NCBI GenBank assembly: GCA_963730935.1
Contig: CAVSTP010000002.1
Coordinates: 672,001-736,000 of the forward strand
Length of the DNA stretch: 64,000 nt
Direction: 5' to 3'
From: an uncultured Nitrospiraceae bacterium
GTDB taxonomy: Bacteria; Nitrospirota; Nitrospiria; Nitrospirales; Nitrospiraceae
This document shows, piece by piece, positions 37,393 through 50,519 of this stretch. Under the pieces are notes generated by a model. That model saw only the letters and a program-made list of their open reading frames with translations, made no database searches and was not told the origin of the DNA. The first letter of the stretch is position 1, and each line of letters starts with the position of its first letter. The position numbers and the translations under genes are program-made.

Positions 37393-38535
37393 CTAGTCCA
37401 ACGTTTGGCGGTACCGCTTGATGCCGACCGCCAGCGCCACGAGAGCAAAGAGGGCAATCTGCCAGAGTTGGAGCCCGACTTCCTCAAGCCCATTGCCCTT
37501 GAGCAGGATGCCTCGCACAATACGGAGAAAGTGGGTCAACGGCAGTAACTCACCGAGGGCCTGCGCCCACTGGGGCATGCCGCGGAATGGAAACATGAAG
37601 CCTGAGAGGAGCAGGGACGGCAAAAAGAAAAAGAAAGACAGCTGTACGGCCTGAAGCTGATTCTCCGCCAGCGTGGAAAAAGTGATGCCCATGGCTAGGT
37701 TCGCGGTGATGAAGACGAACGCGACCACTAGCAAGACTCCAACGTTTCCCAACATCGGCACATGAAACAGGAGCCGGGCTGCGAGCAGAATGAGCCCGAC
37801 CTGCACATATCCTACCAGGATATAGGGGATGATTTTCCCCACCATAACCTCAAAAGGGCGCGTCGGCATCGATAATAAATTCTCCATGGTGCCTCGTTCC
37901 CGCTCCCGAGTGATGGCCAGCCCAGTGATCATCACCATCGTCATGGTCAGCACGACGCCCATCAGACCGGGCACAATGTTGTACTGTGTGTTCGCTTCAG
38001 GGTTGTATTGCGCATGAATGCGCAGATCAATCGGCTCATCGCTCGCCGCCAGGAATCCCAGCGGCCCCTTGAGATCATGCCGGAGGGCCGTCGACACGAG
38101 CACCCGCAGAGACCCGATGGCATTGCTCGTGGCCGCGGGGTCGGTCGCGTCGGCCTCCACGAGAATCGCCGGCCGTTCCCCCCGTAGCAGATCACGCGTG
38201 AAATTCTGCGGAATGTTCACCACAAATTGCACTTCTCCCCGAGCAAGTACATCCCGGCCTTCCTGCTCGGTCGTCAGTTCTCGCTTGAACTCAAAGTAGT
38301 CGCTGTTGCGAATGGCGTGGAGCAACGTGCGGCCTTGCGGGCCGTAGTCGGCCAGGAGCACGGCGGTGGGCAGACGTTTAGGATCGGCATTGATGGCGTA
38401 GCCGAACAGCACAAGTTGGATCAACGGGACGCCGATCATCATGCCAAAGGTCACGCGGTCCCGGCGCATCTGGATGAATTCTTTCACCACGATGGCCCAA
38501 AGACGCGACATCGAAAATCTGCGCGGCGTGCTCAT
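37393..38535 (-). CDS. ABC-2 exporter permease (YbhR/YbhS-like)
   Basis: KEFIQMRRD, RERERGTMENLL, LLSGFMFP; ATGA overlap with the upstream gene. Confidence 0.93.
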   Translation of the reverse strand: MSTPRRFSMSRLWAIVVKEFIQMRRDRVTFGMMIGVPLIQLVLFGYAINADPKRLPTAVLLADYGPQGRTLLHAIRNSDYFEFKRELTTEQEGRDVLARGEVQFVVNIPQNFTRDLLRGERPAILVEADATDPAATSNAIGSLRVLVSTALRHDLKGPLGFLAASDEPIDLRIHAQYNPEANTQYNIVPGLMGVVLTMTMVMITGLAITRERERGTMENLLSMPTRPFEVMVGKIIPYILVGYVQVGLILLAARLLFHVPMLGNVGVLLVVAFVFITANLAMGITFSTLAENQLQAVQLSFFFFLPSLLLSGFMFPFRGMPQWAQALGELLPLTHFLRIVRGILLKGNGLEEVGLQLWQIALFALVALAVGIKRYRQTLD

Positions 38536-39470
38536 GACGCAAAATTGTCCGGCGCCCGATCCATGAGGTGAATAAACACTTCTTCCAGACCGGAGTTGAT
38601 CCGATGCCATTCATAGGGCGGAGTGCGAAAGGGCGCGATAGCGGTTTCAAGGGCTTCGGCGTCGTCGCTGCTGACGTGCAAGCGGTTGCCGAAAGCGACT
38701 GCTTGACGCACGCTGGGATGCCTCCGCAGCTCTTCCGCCAGTTGATGCAGGTTTGGCCCGCTCACCGCCCAGGTCGTGAGACGCGCCCGCGCGATGACCT
38801 CCGGAACTGTACCGTGCGTGAGCAAGTGCCCGTAGGCGATGTACGCCACCTGGTGACATCGTTCGGCCTCGTCCATATAGTGGGTCGTGATCAGAAACGT
38901 GAGCCCTTCGGCGGCAAGCTGATGGATCTGTTCCCAGAATTCGCGACGAGCCTTAGGGTCCACGCCGGCCGTCGGCTCATCGAGCAGCAGAAGCTTCGGT
39001 TGGTGGATCAGACAGGCCGCGAGCGCGAGCCGCTGCTTCCATCCGCCCGACAGCTGTCCGGCCAACTGCTGCTGACGTTCAGCAAGCCCAAGTCGTTGGA
39101 GACTCCGCTCGACGGCCTCCCGCCGGTTCTTCACGGCGAACATGCGGGCCACGAAGTCCAGATTTTCAGCGATGCTCAGATCTTCGTAAAAGCTGAACCG
39201 CTGGGTCATATAGCCGACCTCAGCTTTGATGGATTCGCTTTCCCGAATGACGTCGTACCCCAGACAGGTGCCGCTGCCTTCATCCGCACGAAGCAGACCG
39301 CAGAGCATCCGGATGAAGGTGGTCTTCCCGCTGCCATTCGGGCCGAGAAATCCGTAGATCTCCCCGCGACGGACCTCGAGGCCGATCCGATTGACGACCG
39401 TGCGCTCGCCGAAGCGTTTCGTCATCCCGTGAACGTCGATGGCGAGCGTCTGTCCAGACAGGTCGTTCAT
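38532..39470 (-). CDS. ABC transporter ATP-binding protein
   Basis: GPNGSGKTT, LSGGWKQR, LLLDEPT, TTHYMDEAE. Confidence 0.95.
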   Translation of the reverse strand: MNDLSGQTLAIDVHGMTKRFGERTVVNRIGLEVRRGEIYGFLGPNGSGKTTFIRMLCGLLRADEGSGTCLGYDVIRESESIKAEVGYMTQRFSFYEDLSIAENLDFVARMFAVKNRREAVERSLQRLGLAERQQQLAGQLSGGWKQRLALAACLIHQPKLLLLDEPTAGVDPKARREFWEQIHQLAAEGLTFLITTHYMDEAERCHQVAYIAYGHLLTHGTVPEVIARARLTTWAVSGPNLHQLAEELRRHPSVRQAVAFGNRLHVSSDDAEALETAIAPFRTPPYEWHRINSGLEEVFIHLMDRAPDNFAS

Positions 39471-40459
39471 CGGGCGGACCCGAATAATACGTCCACCGGC
39501 TGCCCCGGATTCAGCTCCGCGGCCGCTGATGGATCAAAGACGAGTTCCACCATAAAGACCAGTTTGTCGCGGCTTTCTTGGCTATAAATCACCGGAGGCG
39601 TGTATTCGGCGCGCGGCGAGATGTAACTGACCTTCCCCGAAAATGGTCTGGCGACACCGTCGACGGCCACCAGTGCGTCATCGCCAGGATGTATCGTTCC
39701 AAGCCGCTTCTCCTGCACGAAGGCCCGTACCTTGATGTTTTCAGGAGGCAGGAGGACCACCACCGGCCGCCCCGCCGGCACCCATTCGCCCTCTCGATAC
39801 AGCGTGTCGAACACCAGCCCTGATTTCGGCGCCTGCTGACGCTTTTGCCCGAGCTCCCATTCGGCCCTGGCCAGCGCCGCCTCGCGCGCCCGAACCTCGG
39901 CCTCGGCCGCGAGAACTTGATCCGTGCGAGAGCCAAGCAACGCCGTGTCCAAATCCGCTTGGAGCTGCGCCACTCGCTGTCGGTCCTGATCGCGCGCCGC
40001 CCGGGCACGGTCCACCTCCAACTCCACCGCTGCGCCTGGAACCGTCGTCAGACCCTCCTGTCGCACCACCTCGCGGGTCGAGAGCCGCAAGGCCGCCTGC
40101 GCTTGTTTGAGTTGCGCCTTGATGGACTCAATCTCCGTCGGACGTTTGCCCTTCCTGGCATCCTCGAGATTCGCGTGAGCTTGACTCAGGCGGCGCTCGG
40201 CTTCATCTCTCGCGGCCTTTTCGGACACTCGTTCCAAGGCAAACAAGGCCTCTCCCGCGCGCACCTGTGCTCCGCGCCGAACGGCCAATGATTCCAGTGC
40301 GCCAGCAAAGGGGGAGGCGACGTAGACAAACTCGCCTTCGACATATCCTTGGACTCGATCCGAAGGCGGGCGTTGACAGGAGATCCACAGGGCCGACGCC
40401 ATGACTGCGCCGGTTACGCAGAACAATGTTCGAGCGCCCGCGTGGCCGTGCGCCCTCAT
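39467..40459 (-). CDS. HlyD-family membrane fusion protein (YbhG-like)
   Basis: QGYVEGE, coiled coil, ISPRAEYTPP. Confidence 0.9.
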   Translation of the reverse strand: MRAHGHAGARTLFCVTGAVMASALWISCQRPPSDRVQGYVEGEFVYVASPFAGALESLAVRRGAQVRAGEALFALERVSEKAARDEAERRLSQAHANLEDARKGKRPTEIESIKAQLKQAQAALRLSTREVVRQEGLTTVPGAAVELEVDRARAARDQDRQRVAQLQADLDTALLGSRTDQVLAAEAEVRAREAALARAEWELGQKRQQAPKSGLVFDTLYREGEWVPAGRPVVVLLPPENIKVRAFVQEKRLGTIHPGDDALVAVDGVARPFSGKVSYISPRAEYTPPVIYSQESRDKLVFMVELVFDPSAAAELNPGQPVDVLFGSAR

Positions 40460-41079
40460 GGCGATGACCTCCGCACGATGGCCCCCTCTAAGATGACCCG
40501 GATGATGGTCGAGTAGCCTCGTTCCAGTGTCAGACCGAGTTCGGTCACTTTCGACGGAATCATGATGGCCTCGACAGCGCCGAGCAATATCTCAATGAGC
40601 AGATGCACCGGAATGTCCTTGCGAATGAGGCCCGCCTTGCGTCCCTTGTTGAATAGGGCGGCGACATGACGGCGAATTAGCCGACGGCGGCGATGTTCGA
40701 CGATCCGGAACAAATCCGGCGTTTCCCGCCCCAAGTCCCGAACGAACGACGGGTGAATTTCGGCCGTGTGCGCTTGCACGCGCTGGAGAAACCGATGGAT
40801 CGCTTCTTCCATGTCGAAGGAGCGCTCCGATGCCACCCGGCTGAGATCGGCCGCCACCTCGTTGAATTTGTCTTTTAACACGGCCTCCACGAGCGACGAC
40901 TTGCTCGGGAAGCAGGCATAGAGCGTCTTCTTGCTCATTCGCAGCTCGGCGGCGAGATCGTCCATGCTGACTCTTCTGAAGCCGTGGACGAAAAATTGCC
41001 GCCGGGCCGCGGCGATCACGTGCCGTGCGACGACAGATCCGCCTGTCCTCTGGTGTCGTCTCGAGCTCTGGGCATGCAT
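40456..41079 (-). CDS. TetR/AcrR family regulator
   Basis: HGFRRVSMDDLAAELRMSKKTLYACFPSK HTH. Confidence 0.93.
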   Translation of the reverse strand: MHAQSSRRHQRTGGSVVARHVIAAARRQFFVHGFRRVSMDDLAAELRMSKKTLYACFPSKSSLVEAVLKDKFNEVAADLSRVASERSFDMEEAIHRFLQRVQAHTAEIHPSFVRDLGRETPDLFRIVEHRRRRLIRRHVAALFNKGRKAGLIRKDIPVHLLIEILLGAVEAIMIPSKVTELGLTLERGYSTIIRVILEGAIVRRSSP

Positions 41080-41089
41080 GGCAATACTA

Positions 41090-41119
41090 TGGAAACCATT
41101 GCAGTACTACAAGTTTCCA
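41090..41119. promoter_or_regulatory. probable TetR operator
   Basis: TGGAAAC-N16-GTTTCCA with inner TTGCAGTACTACAA symmetry, 10 bp upstream of the TetR start; TTGACA at 41128-41133 on the minus strand. Confidence 0.6.
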
Positions 41120-41204
41120 GCCGTCGGTGTCAACCTCGTGCGCCCTGACCGGACAGGGTACGAGGACGGTTCGTGGTCCATGAGGGAACAGGACCGCGCG
41201 CGTT

Positions 41205-41678
41205 CTATTTTCTTTCTTTGATGGCCCGTTGGACTTCCCGCCCGGCTTCGCGGGTTTTGATGGTCTCTCGGCGGTCGTACAGCTTCTTGCCCTTGGCGAG
41301 CCCAAGCTCGACCTTCGCGTATCCGCGCTTGGAAAAGTAGATGCGGAGAGGGATGAGGGTCAGTCCTTTTTGTTGGGTCTTACCCAGCAACTTGTGAATC
41401 TCGGTCTTGTGAAGCAGCAGCTTCCGGACTCGCGTGGGATCATGATTCATGATGTTCCCATGACTGTAGGGACTGATATGGCACTGATGAAGGTAGACTT
41501 CGTCTCCCCGTACAGAGGCATAACTGTCTTGCAGGTTCACCCGCCCTTCGCGCAAGGATTTGACTTCGGTGCCCTGCAGCATGATGCCGGCCTCGTATCG
41601 CTCCTCAATGAAATAATCGTGAAACGCCTTACGGTTCGTCGCCACGACCTTTTCGGAGGCCTCGGTGCGCTCTGTCAT
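41205..41678 (-). CDS. smpB: SsrA-binding protein
   Basis: [39 protein letters not shown]. Confidence 0.98.
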   Translation of the reverse strand: MTERTEASEKVVATNRKAFHDYFIEERYEAGIMLQGTEVKSLREGRVNLQDSYASVRGDEVYLHQCHISPYSHGNIMNHDPTRVRKLLLHKTEIHKLLGKTQQKGLTLIPLRIYFSKRGYAKVELGLAKGKKLYDRRETIKTREAGREVQRAIKERK

Positions 41679-41735
41679 AATTCCCTCAGCAGCTCGTCCT
41701 CTTGACCTGACGCGGACCGCCGCCTAAGATTCGCC

Positions 41736-42227
41736 ATGCGTCCTTCCGGCTCGCTCGATTCGTTCAGCACCATCCTCGCGAGTCTCTCGAAACGGCTTGG
41801 GCTGCAATCCCATCTGTTCGAGCTGCGGCTCCAACAACAATGGCGTGAGATTATCGGGGAACCCGTCGGTTCTCACACGTGGCCCGTCCAGGTCCGATTC
41901 AAGAAACTGTACCTCATTGTCAGGAACTCCGTCTGGCTGCAGCAACTCGTCTTTTTGAAGCCCACGCTGCTGGCGAAACTGAATGACCGGGCCGGGACTG
42001 AAATGCTTACGGACATCGCCTTCCGTGTGGGGGAGATTCCGGATGTTCGTACCGTGGTCCCGGAGCCATCGCCCCAAAGCGTCCCGGTGAGCGACGCCGC
42101 GATAGTCGAAGCCCATGCCCATGCCGCCGCCGTGCAGGATCCTGAGCTGAGAACGCGATTGGCATCCGTCATGGCAGAAGCGTTTTCACGATCGGCACTC
42201 AACGATGAGGGGCCACCGACTCCTTGA
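41736..42227 (+). CDS. dciA: DUF721/DciA family protein
   Basis: WREIIGE..HTWP..LYLIVRNSVWLQQL..LLAKLN..IAFRVG. Confidence 0.8.
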   Translation: MRPSGSLDSFSTILASLSKRLGLQSHLFELRLQQQWREIIGEPVGSHTWPVQVRFKKLYLIVRNSVWLQQLVFLKPTLLAKLNDRAGTEMLTDIAFRVGEIPDVRTVVPEPSPQSVPVSDAAIVEAHAHAAAVQDPELRTRLASVMAEAFSRSALNDEGPPTP

Positions 42228-42771
42228 ACAATTGCCGGGAATACGCCGCCGTAGCCGCAGAATCCGGCCCATCGACCATCGGACCGATCCTTCCCTCTTC
42301 CTCGGTTTCCGTCAGCTGATAGAAACCCCGGAGCGCCCGCTTGAAGCCATCGCGGACTTCTTGGTCCTCGCCGCTCAAATATTTGTGAAGGATCGGCGCC
42401 TCAGCCCACGCGTCGTGGGTGAAAATAAAAATAGTGATCCGACGATAGCGTCCAGCGGGGTCGTCTTGTGTCGTTGGCCTGATTTTCATCGGTCCGAAGT
42501 TCCTGCTCTCCCGCCCGACCTTCCGAAAACGCTCGATCAGCGTTTCGATTTCGGTATCGCTCGTCCAGGCCGGGACATGCACGGAGACGGCTGTGCCTTC
42601 CTGAGAGCCGATGCTGTAGGGAGGGATCGATCGATCCGGCCGGCTCAGGTACATTCCGCCCCAGATCAGCGCAAACGATCCGAAAAAGACCATCAAGGCG
42701 AGTTTGACGACCGTATCGAGAGGCTTCTTCTGGGAAGGAGAGGGAGCTTGGGGTGTTGTTGCATCGTTCAT
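42199..42771 (-). CDS. hypothetical single-TM protein
   Basis: About 190 aa ORF right after gyrA on the same strand, with one TM helix. Confidence 0.7.
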   Translation of the reverse strand: MNDATTPQAPSPSQKKPLDTVVKLALMVFFGSFALIWGGMYLSRPDRSIPPYSIGSQEGTAVSVHVPAWTSDTEIETLIERFRKVGRESRNFGPMKIRPTTQDDPAGRYRRITIFIFTHDAWAEAPILHKYLSGEDQEVRDGFKRALRGFYQLTETEEEGRIGPMVDGPDSAATAAYSRQLFKESVAPHR

Positions 42772-42800
42772 CGGAGACACGGGCAGGACAGAGCGGCCGG

Positions 42801-45281
42801 TTATTGGCCGGCGGCGCCTTCGTCAGGACCCGCCTCTTCCCGCTCCCCGCTGTCCGCCAAACGAGCGACGGCCACCACACGATCCTCGTCACCATCCAGG
42901 TCGAGGATTCTCACGCCCTGCGTATTGCGGCCGATCTCTCGGATGTCGCCGACCTTGCAGCGGAGCACTTTGCCCTGCGCCGCCATCAGCATGATTTCAT
43001 CGCTATCCCGCACCTGGAGAAAACCGACCGCCAACCCGTTGCGCTCGGTGGTTTTGACGCTGATGATGCCCTTGCCTCCACGGCCCTGGACGCGGTATTC
43101 GCCGACGGGTGTGCGCTTGCCGTACCCCCCTTCGGTCACCGTCAAAATGGCGGTCGTCGAATCAGGGGTGATCGTTTCCATCCCGATGACTTCGTTGCCT
43201 TCCTCGAGCGTGATACCTTTGACGCCGTAGGCCGTCCGTCCCATGGACCGCACGTCACGTTCCGAGAAGCGGATGGTGATGCCCTGTTTCGTACCGAGGA
43301 GTATCTCCCGTTGTCCATCGGTGACCTGCACGCCGATGAGTTTGTCGCCGTCTTCCAGCCCGAGCGCGATGATGCCGCCCTGTCGCGGATTGCTGTAGGC
43401 GGCGAGCTCGGTCTTCTTGATGAGGCCGTTCTTCGTGGCCATGACCACAAACCGGTCCTCAGGATAATCCTTCACCGCTAACGTCGCCGTGACCTTCTCG
43501 CTCCCGGTAAGCGCCAATAGATTCACCAGCGCCTTGCCCTTCGCAGCTCGGCTGGCCTCCGGAATCTCGTGTACTTTGAGCCAAAAGACCTTGCCGGCAT
43601 CGGTGAAGAACAGCAACGTGTCGTGTGTCGACGCCGTCAACAGCGTTTCGACGAAGTCCTCGTCCTTGATGCCCATGCCGATCTTGCCCTTGCCGCCGCG
43701 CCGCTGGGCGCGGTACAGGGACGCCGCATTCCGCTTGATGTATCCGGCGTGGGAAATCGTGACGACGACTTCCTCATCGGCAATCAAATCTTCGAGACTG
43801 ATCTCAGCCTCTTCCTTCACAATCTGCGTCTTGCGGTCGTCCTTGTAGTCTTCACGGAGTTGGGTCAGCTCGCCCTTGATGATCGACCGCACAAGCGCTT
43901 CGCTCGCCAGCACCGACTTGAGATACTCAATCTGCTTCAGCACTTCTTGATATTCCTCGACGAGTTTGGCGCGCTCGAGCTGCGTCAACCGTTGAAGGCG
44001 CATGTCGAGGATGGCAGTTGCCTGGATGTCCGTCAGGGAGAACTGCCGCATCAACCCGGCCCGGGCTTCATCGGGAGACTGTGAGCGCCGAATCAGCGCG
44101 ATCACTGCATCCAGATTGTCGAGCGCAATCTTGAGACCCTCAAGAATATGCGCACGTTCTTCCGCCTTGCGAAGCTCATAGATGGTGCGGCGGACAACCA
44201 CTTCCCGCCGATGCTCGAGGAAATGATGCAGAATCTGTTTGAGATTGAGGACCTCCGGGCGATTGTTGACCAGCGCCAGCATGATCACGCCGAATGTCGT
44301 CTCGAGCTGGGTATGCTTATAGAGGTTGTTGAGGACGACGAGCGGGATCTCGTTGCGCTTGAGGTCGATGACGACCCGGACCCCTTCCCGGTCGGAGGAT
44401 TCGTCGCGGAGATCGCTGATGCCCTTGATGCGGTCCTCTTGAATCAATTCGGCGATCTTCTCGATGAGTTTGGCCTTATTGACCTGGTAGGGGATTTCCG
44501 TGACGATCAATCGCTCGCGTTCCGTTCGCTCATCGCTTTCGACGACGACCTTCGCGCGCAGCGAGAGCAGTCCACGGCCGGTTTCATAGGCTTCCTTGAT
44601 CCCGCTCATGCCGTAAATAAATCCGGCGGTCGGAAAGTCCGGTCCCGGGATTTTCTTCATCAGCTGGGCGATCGTCACGTCCGGGTTTTCGAGCAGCAGC
44701 AGCAGCCCATCGATGACTTCACCGACGTTGTGGGTGGGAATATTGGTCGCATAGCCCACGGCGATGCCGCCGGCGCCGTTGATGAGGAGATTTGGCACCT
44801 TGGTCGGCAGCACCAGCGGTTCTTGACGGGACTCATCGTAGTTCGGCCCGAAATCGACGGTTTCCTTGTCGATATCGGCCAGCATCTCTTCCGCCAGCTT
44901 CGTCATGCGCGCTTCCGTGTAGCGCATGGCCGCCGCAGAATCGCCGTCCATCGAGCCGTAATTCCCTTGGCCGTCGACCAGCACATAGCGCATGTTGAAG
45001 TCCTGCGCCATGCGCACCAAGGTGTCGTAGATGGCGGAATCGCCGTGCGGATGGTAATTGCCCATGATCTCGCCGACGATTTTGGCCGATTTGCGGTAAG
45101 CCCGGTTGTGCACGAGCCCCATCTCGTTCATGCCAAACAGGATGCGGCGGTGCACGGGTTTAAGGCCGTCGCGCACGTCAGGCAGTGCGCGGCCGACGAT
45201 CACGCTCATCGCGTAATCGAGGTAGGAAGCCCGCATTTCGTCTTCGATGGCGATCTGCCCTAGGCGTTCATCAGGCGGCAT
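42801..45281 (-). CDS. gyrA: DNA gyrase subunit A
   Basis: YHPHGDSAIY, AAMRYTE, GyrA-box QRRGGKG. Confidence 0.98.
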   Translation of the reverse strand: MPPDERLGQIAIEDEMRASYLDYAMSVIVGRALPDVRDGLKPVHRRILFGMNEMGLVHNRAYRKSAKIVGEIMGNYHPHGDSAIYDTLVRMAQDFNMRYVLVDGQGNYGSMDGDSAAAMRYTEARMTKLAEEMLADIDKETVDFGPNYDESRQEPLVLPTKVPNLLINGAGGIAVGYATNIPTHNVGEVIDGLLLLLENPDVTIAQLMKKIPGPDFPTAGFIYGMSGIKEAYETGRGLLSLRAKVVVESDERTERERLIVTEIPYQVNKAKLIEKIAELIQEDRIKGISDLRDESSDREGVRVVIDLKRNEIPLVVLNNLYKHTQLETTFGVIMLALVNNRPEVLNLKQILHHFLEHRREVVVRRTIYELRKAEERAHILEGLKIALDNLDAVIALIRRSQSPDEARAGLMRQFSLTDIQATAILDMRLQRLTQLERAKLVEEYQEVLKQIEYLKSVLASEALVRSIIKGELTQLREDYKDDRKTQIVKEEAEISLEDLIADEEVVVTISHAGYIKRNAASLYRAQRRGGKGKIGMGIKDEDFVETLLTASTHDTLLFFTDAGKVFWLKVHEIPEASRAAKGKALVNLLALTGSEKVTATLAVKDYPEDRFVVMATKNGLIKKTELAAYSNPRQGGIIALGLEDGDKLIGVQVTDGQREILLGTKQGITIRFSERDVRSMGRTAYGVKGITLEEGNEVIGMETITPDSTTAILTVTEGGYGKRTPVGEYRVQGRGGKGIISVKTTERNGLAVGFLQVRDSDEIMLMAAQGKVLRCKVGDIREIGRNTQGVRILDLDGDEDRVVAVARLADSGEREEAGPDEGAAGQ

Positions 45282-45289
45282 TCTTTCCT

Positions 45290-45407
45290 CGGATGCTGGG
45301 AATGGTCACCGACTTCGTTCTCGCGTCTCAGAGGCTTAACGTCCGGCAAACGTGCGCCTCGACTCTTCACCCGCTGCGGCCTTGCCCGATGACCATTTGG
45401 ACATCCG
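45290..45407. repeat. palindromic intergenic element, same family as 4660-4835
   Basis: Inverted ends CGGATG..AATGGTCA / TGACCATT..CATCCG; internal GGCAAGGCCGCAGCG and GAGAACGAAG on the minus strand. Confidence 0.7.
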
Positions 45408-45422
45408 ACAAGCACGTTTTTA

Positions 45423-47891
<2,469 letters not shown>

Positions 47892-48000
47892 TCAGACTCC
47901 TACATCCCGAACACTCATCGCTGTACCAGGATGTTCACGAAGGTTGTCCGCAGCAAGGGAAGGGCGAGGCGTGCATCAGCAGCGTAATTCAATATTCCTC

Positions 48001-49128
48001 TCAGATTTTGATGGGCATCACAACACATTTGAAGCCGGGGGTTTCCGCCTCTTGGATCAGGCACGGGCTGAGCGCGCTCTCCATCTGCAACGAGATTTTT
48101 TCCCCGTCCATGACGTCGAACACATCAAGCATGTAGCGCGCGTTAAAGCCGGTATTCAACGCTTCGCCTTCGTATTGCGCGGCCATCTCCTCGGTGGCTT
48201 CACCATAGTCCGGATTGCTCGAAAACAGCGTGAGGCGCCCGGGCGCACACGAGAGTTTCACCGCATTCGCCTTATCTTTCGACAGCACCGAGACCCTCCG
48301 CAACGCGCTTTCGAGTTCGGTGCGCTGCACGACGATCTTCTTGTTGCTCTCCTTCGGAATGACCTGTTGGTAGTTCGGGTAGTTGCCTTCCATCAAACGG
48401 GACGTCAGGAGCAGGCCGCTTTTCCGGAAGATCATGAGGTTTTTCGTGAACCCAATGAGCGGCTCGCCATCGCCTCCCTCTTCCAAGAGGCGACGCATTT
48501 CGTGCGCGGCCTTCTTGGGAATGATCGCTTTGATTTCCTGAGGCGCGCCTTTGGCGCCGGCCTTTCCAAGATCCTGTTCGGCCACCGCCAAGCGATGCCC
48601 GTCGGTCCCGACGAGTCTGAGAGTCGTCTTCTTTTCAGTGGAGATGAGCGTGACGAGCAGACCGTTTAAGATATATCGGGCGTCGTTGTCCCCCGCCGCA
48701 AAGAGCGTTTTTCGAATCAGTTCCAGGAGGCCAGCCCCTGCAAGCGGTGTCAGGCCTTCGCGCTCAATGGCGGGCAGCGCCGGATAATCGCTACTGGGGA
48801 GTCCGACGACCTTAAACTGGCTTTTGCCGGCCTGGATTGTGGTCCAGTTGTTCTCGCTCGAGACCAGGTCGATGTCGCCGCTCGGCAACTCCTTGATGAT
48901 CTCGTACAACTTTCTCGCCGACACCGTGATGCCGCCGGCCTTATGGACCGTCGCCTTGTAGAGCCCGCGCATGCCGATCTCGAGGTCGGTGGCCACGATT
49001 TCCGCGCCTTCCTGTTTTGCCTCGATCAAAATGTTCGACAAAATTGGCATGGTGTTGCGCTTTTCCACGACGCCCTGCACGCGCTGAAGCCCTGTCAGCA
49101 ACTCATCCCTCCCGATGCGAACTTTCAT
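48001..49128 (-). CDS. dnaN: DNA polymerase III beta clamp
   Basis: PILSNILI, ATDLE, TDGHRLA, YPNYQQVIP, VVMPIKI. Confidence 0.97.
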   Translation of the reverse strand: MKVRIGRDELLTGLQRVQGVVEKRNTMPILSNILIEAKQEGAEIVATDLEIGMRGLYKATVHKAGGITVSARKLYEIIKELPSGDIDLVSSENNWTTIQAGKSQFKVVGLPSSDYPALPAIEREGLTPLAGAGLLELIRKTLFAAGDNDARYILNGLLVTLISTEKKTTLRLVGTDGHRLAVAEQDLGKAGAKGAPQEIKAIIPKKAAHEMRRLLEEGGDGEPLIGFTKNLMIFRKSGLLLTSRLMEGNYPNYQQVIPKESNKKIVVQRTELESALRRVSVLSKDKANAVKLSCAPGRLTLFSSNPDYGEATEEMAAQYEGEALNTGFNARYMLDVFDVMDGEKISLQMESALSPCLIQEAETPGFKCVVMPIKI

Positions 49129-49153
49129 AGTTGCCCCTCTTTCGACCCGCCGG

Positions 49154-50497
49154 TCAGCTCCGGAGAATCTTTTCCTTCAACCCGTCTAGCGTTTGGTTCA
49201 AGCCGCTGTCACCCTCTTTAATTTTCACGATCTGCCGACAGGCGTGCATGATCGTCGTATGGTCCTTCCCACCGAACAGGCGGCCGATTTCAGGAAAGGA
49301 CGCATCGGTCAACTCGCGACAGAGGTACATGGCGATCTGTCGCGGATGCACCAACGTCTTGCTGCGGCGCCGCGACTTGAGATCCGCGATTTTGACATGG
49401 AACCAGGCTGCGACGGCCTCCTGAATATCCTCCATTGCGACAATCTTTTTTTTGTCGCCGATCAGATCGCGCAGGACGTTCTTCGCCATATCCAGCGTAA
49501 TCGTCTGACCGGTCAAGGATGCATAAGCGCCCAGGCGCACCAGCGAACCTTCCAATTCTCGAATGTTGCTTTTCATCGTGCTGGAGAGAAACTGAATCAC
49601 GTCTTCCGGCAACGTGACGCCTTCGTCCTCGGATTTCTTGCGAAGAATCGCGATTCTGGTTTCCACGTCCGGCGGCTGCAGGTCTGCAATCAGTCCCCAT
49701 TCGAAGCGAGAGCGCAACCGCTCTTCAATGTCCGGCATGTCCTTTGGGAACCGGTCGCTCGACAGGACGAGTTGTTTATGCGCTTCATACAGCGCATTGA
49801 ACGTATGGAAGAATTCCTCCTGAGTCCGTTCCTTGCCCGCCAAGAATTGAATGTCGTCGATCATCAACATATCGATATGGCGATAGCGCTTCCGGAGATC
49901 CATCATCTTGTCGTAGCGGATCGAATTGATGACCTCGTTCGTAAATTGCTCGGTCGTCAAATAGGCGATCCGTAAGTCGGTTCGCTCCGCCACATGATTA
50001 GCAATGGCATTCAACAAGTGGGTTTTTCCGAGTCCCACACCGCCATAGATGAATAAGGGGTTATAGGCCTTGGCTGGCTGTTCAGCAACGGCCATGCAGG
50101 CAGCGTGAGCAAATTGATTGCCGGCACCAACGACAAAATTCCTAAATGAATACTTTGGGTTAAGTTGGATGCCGCGTTTGGCTTTTGCGGGTCCGGCCGC
50201 CCGGACCGCTTGCGCTACAGCGGCCGCATCACTCTGCGCTGGCGCCGATCGATTGAACACGACGAATGAGACTGCCGTCTCTCCCCCTCCCCGGGCGGTC
50301 GAGACGGCTTCTACTAAAAGGGGTCCGTAATGTTGGCTGAGCCAGTCACCAAAAAACTTATTTGGAACGCCTATTTGCGCGGTCCTATCCTCAATTCTCT
50401 CCAAACGGACCGGCATAAACCAGGTGTCATAGACTTGTTTAGGCACCCGGCCTTGAATAAACGCCAAGGCTTCCTGCCAAACTGCCGAGACCGTCAT
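49154..50497 (-). CDS. dnaA: chromosomal replication initiator
   Basis: YNPLFIYGGVGLGKTHL, IDDIQF, RLRSRF, FGGKDHTT; start set at MTVSAVW. Confidence 0.98.
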   Translation of the reverse strand: MTVSAVWQEALAFIQGRVPKQVYDTWFMPVRLERIEDRTAQIGVPNKFFGDWLSQHYGPLLVEAVSTARGGGETAVSFVVFNRSAPAQSDAAAVAQAVRAAGPAKAKRGIQLNPKYSFRNFVVGAGNQFAHAACMAVAEQPAKAYNPLFIYGGVGLGKTHLLNAIANHVAERTDLRIAYLTTEQFTNEVINSIRYDKMMDLRKRYRHIDMLMIDDIQFLAGKERTQEEFFHTFNALYEAHKQLVLSSDRFPKDMPDIEERLRSRFEWGLIADLQPPDVETRIAILRKKSEDEGVTLPEDVIQFLSSTMKSNIRELEGSLVRLGAYASLTGQTITLDMAKNVLRDLIGDKKKIVAMEDIQEAVAAWFHVKIADLKSRRRSKTLVHPRQIAMYLCRELTDASFPEIGRLFGGKDHTTIMHACRQIVKIKEGDSGLNQTLDGLKEKILRS

Positions 50498-50519
50498 TTC
50501 CCTCGTATTCTCCCCATAC

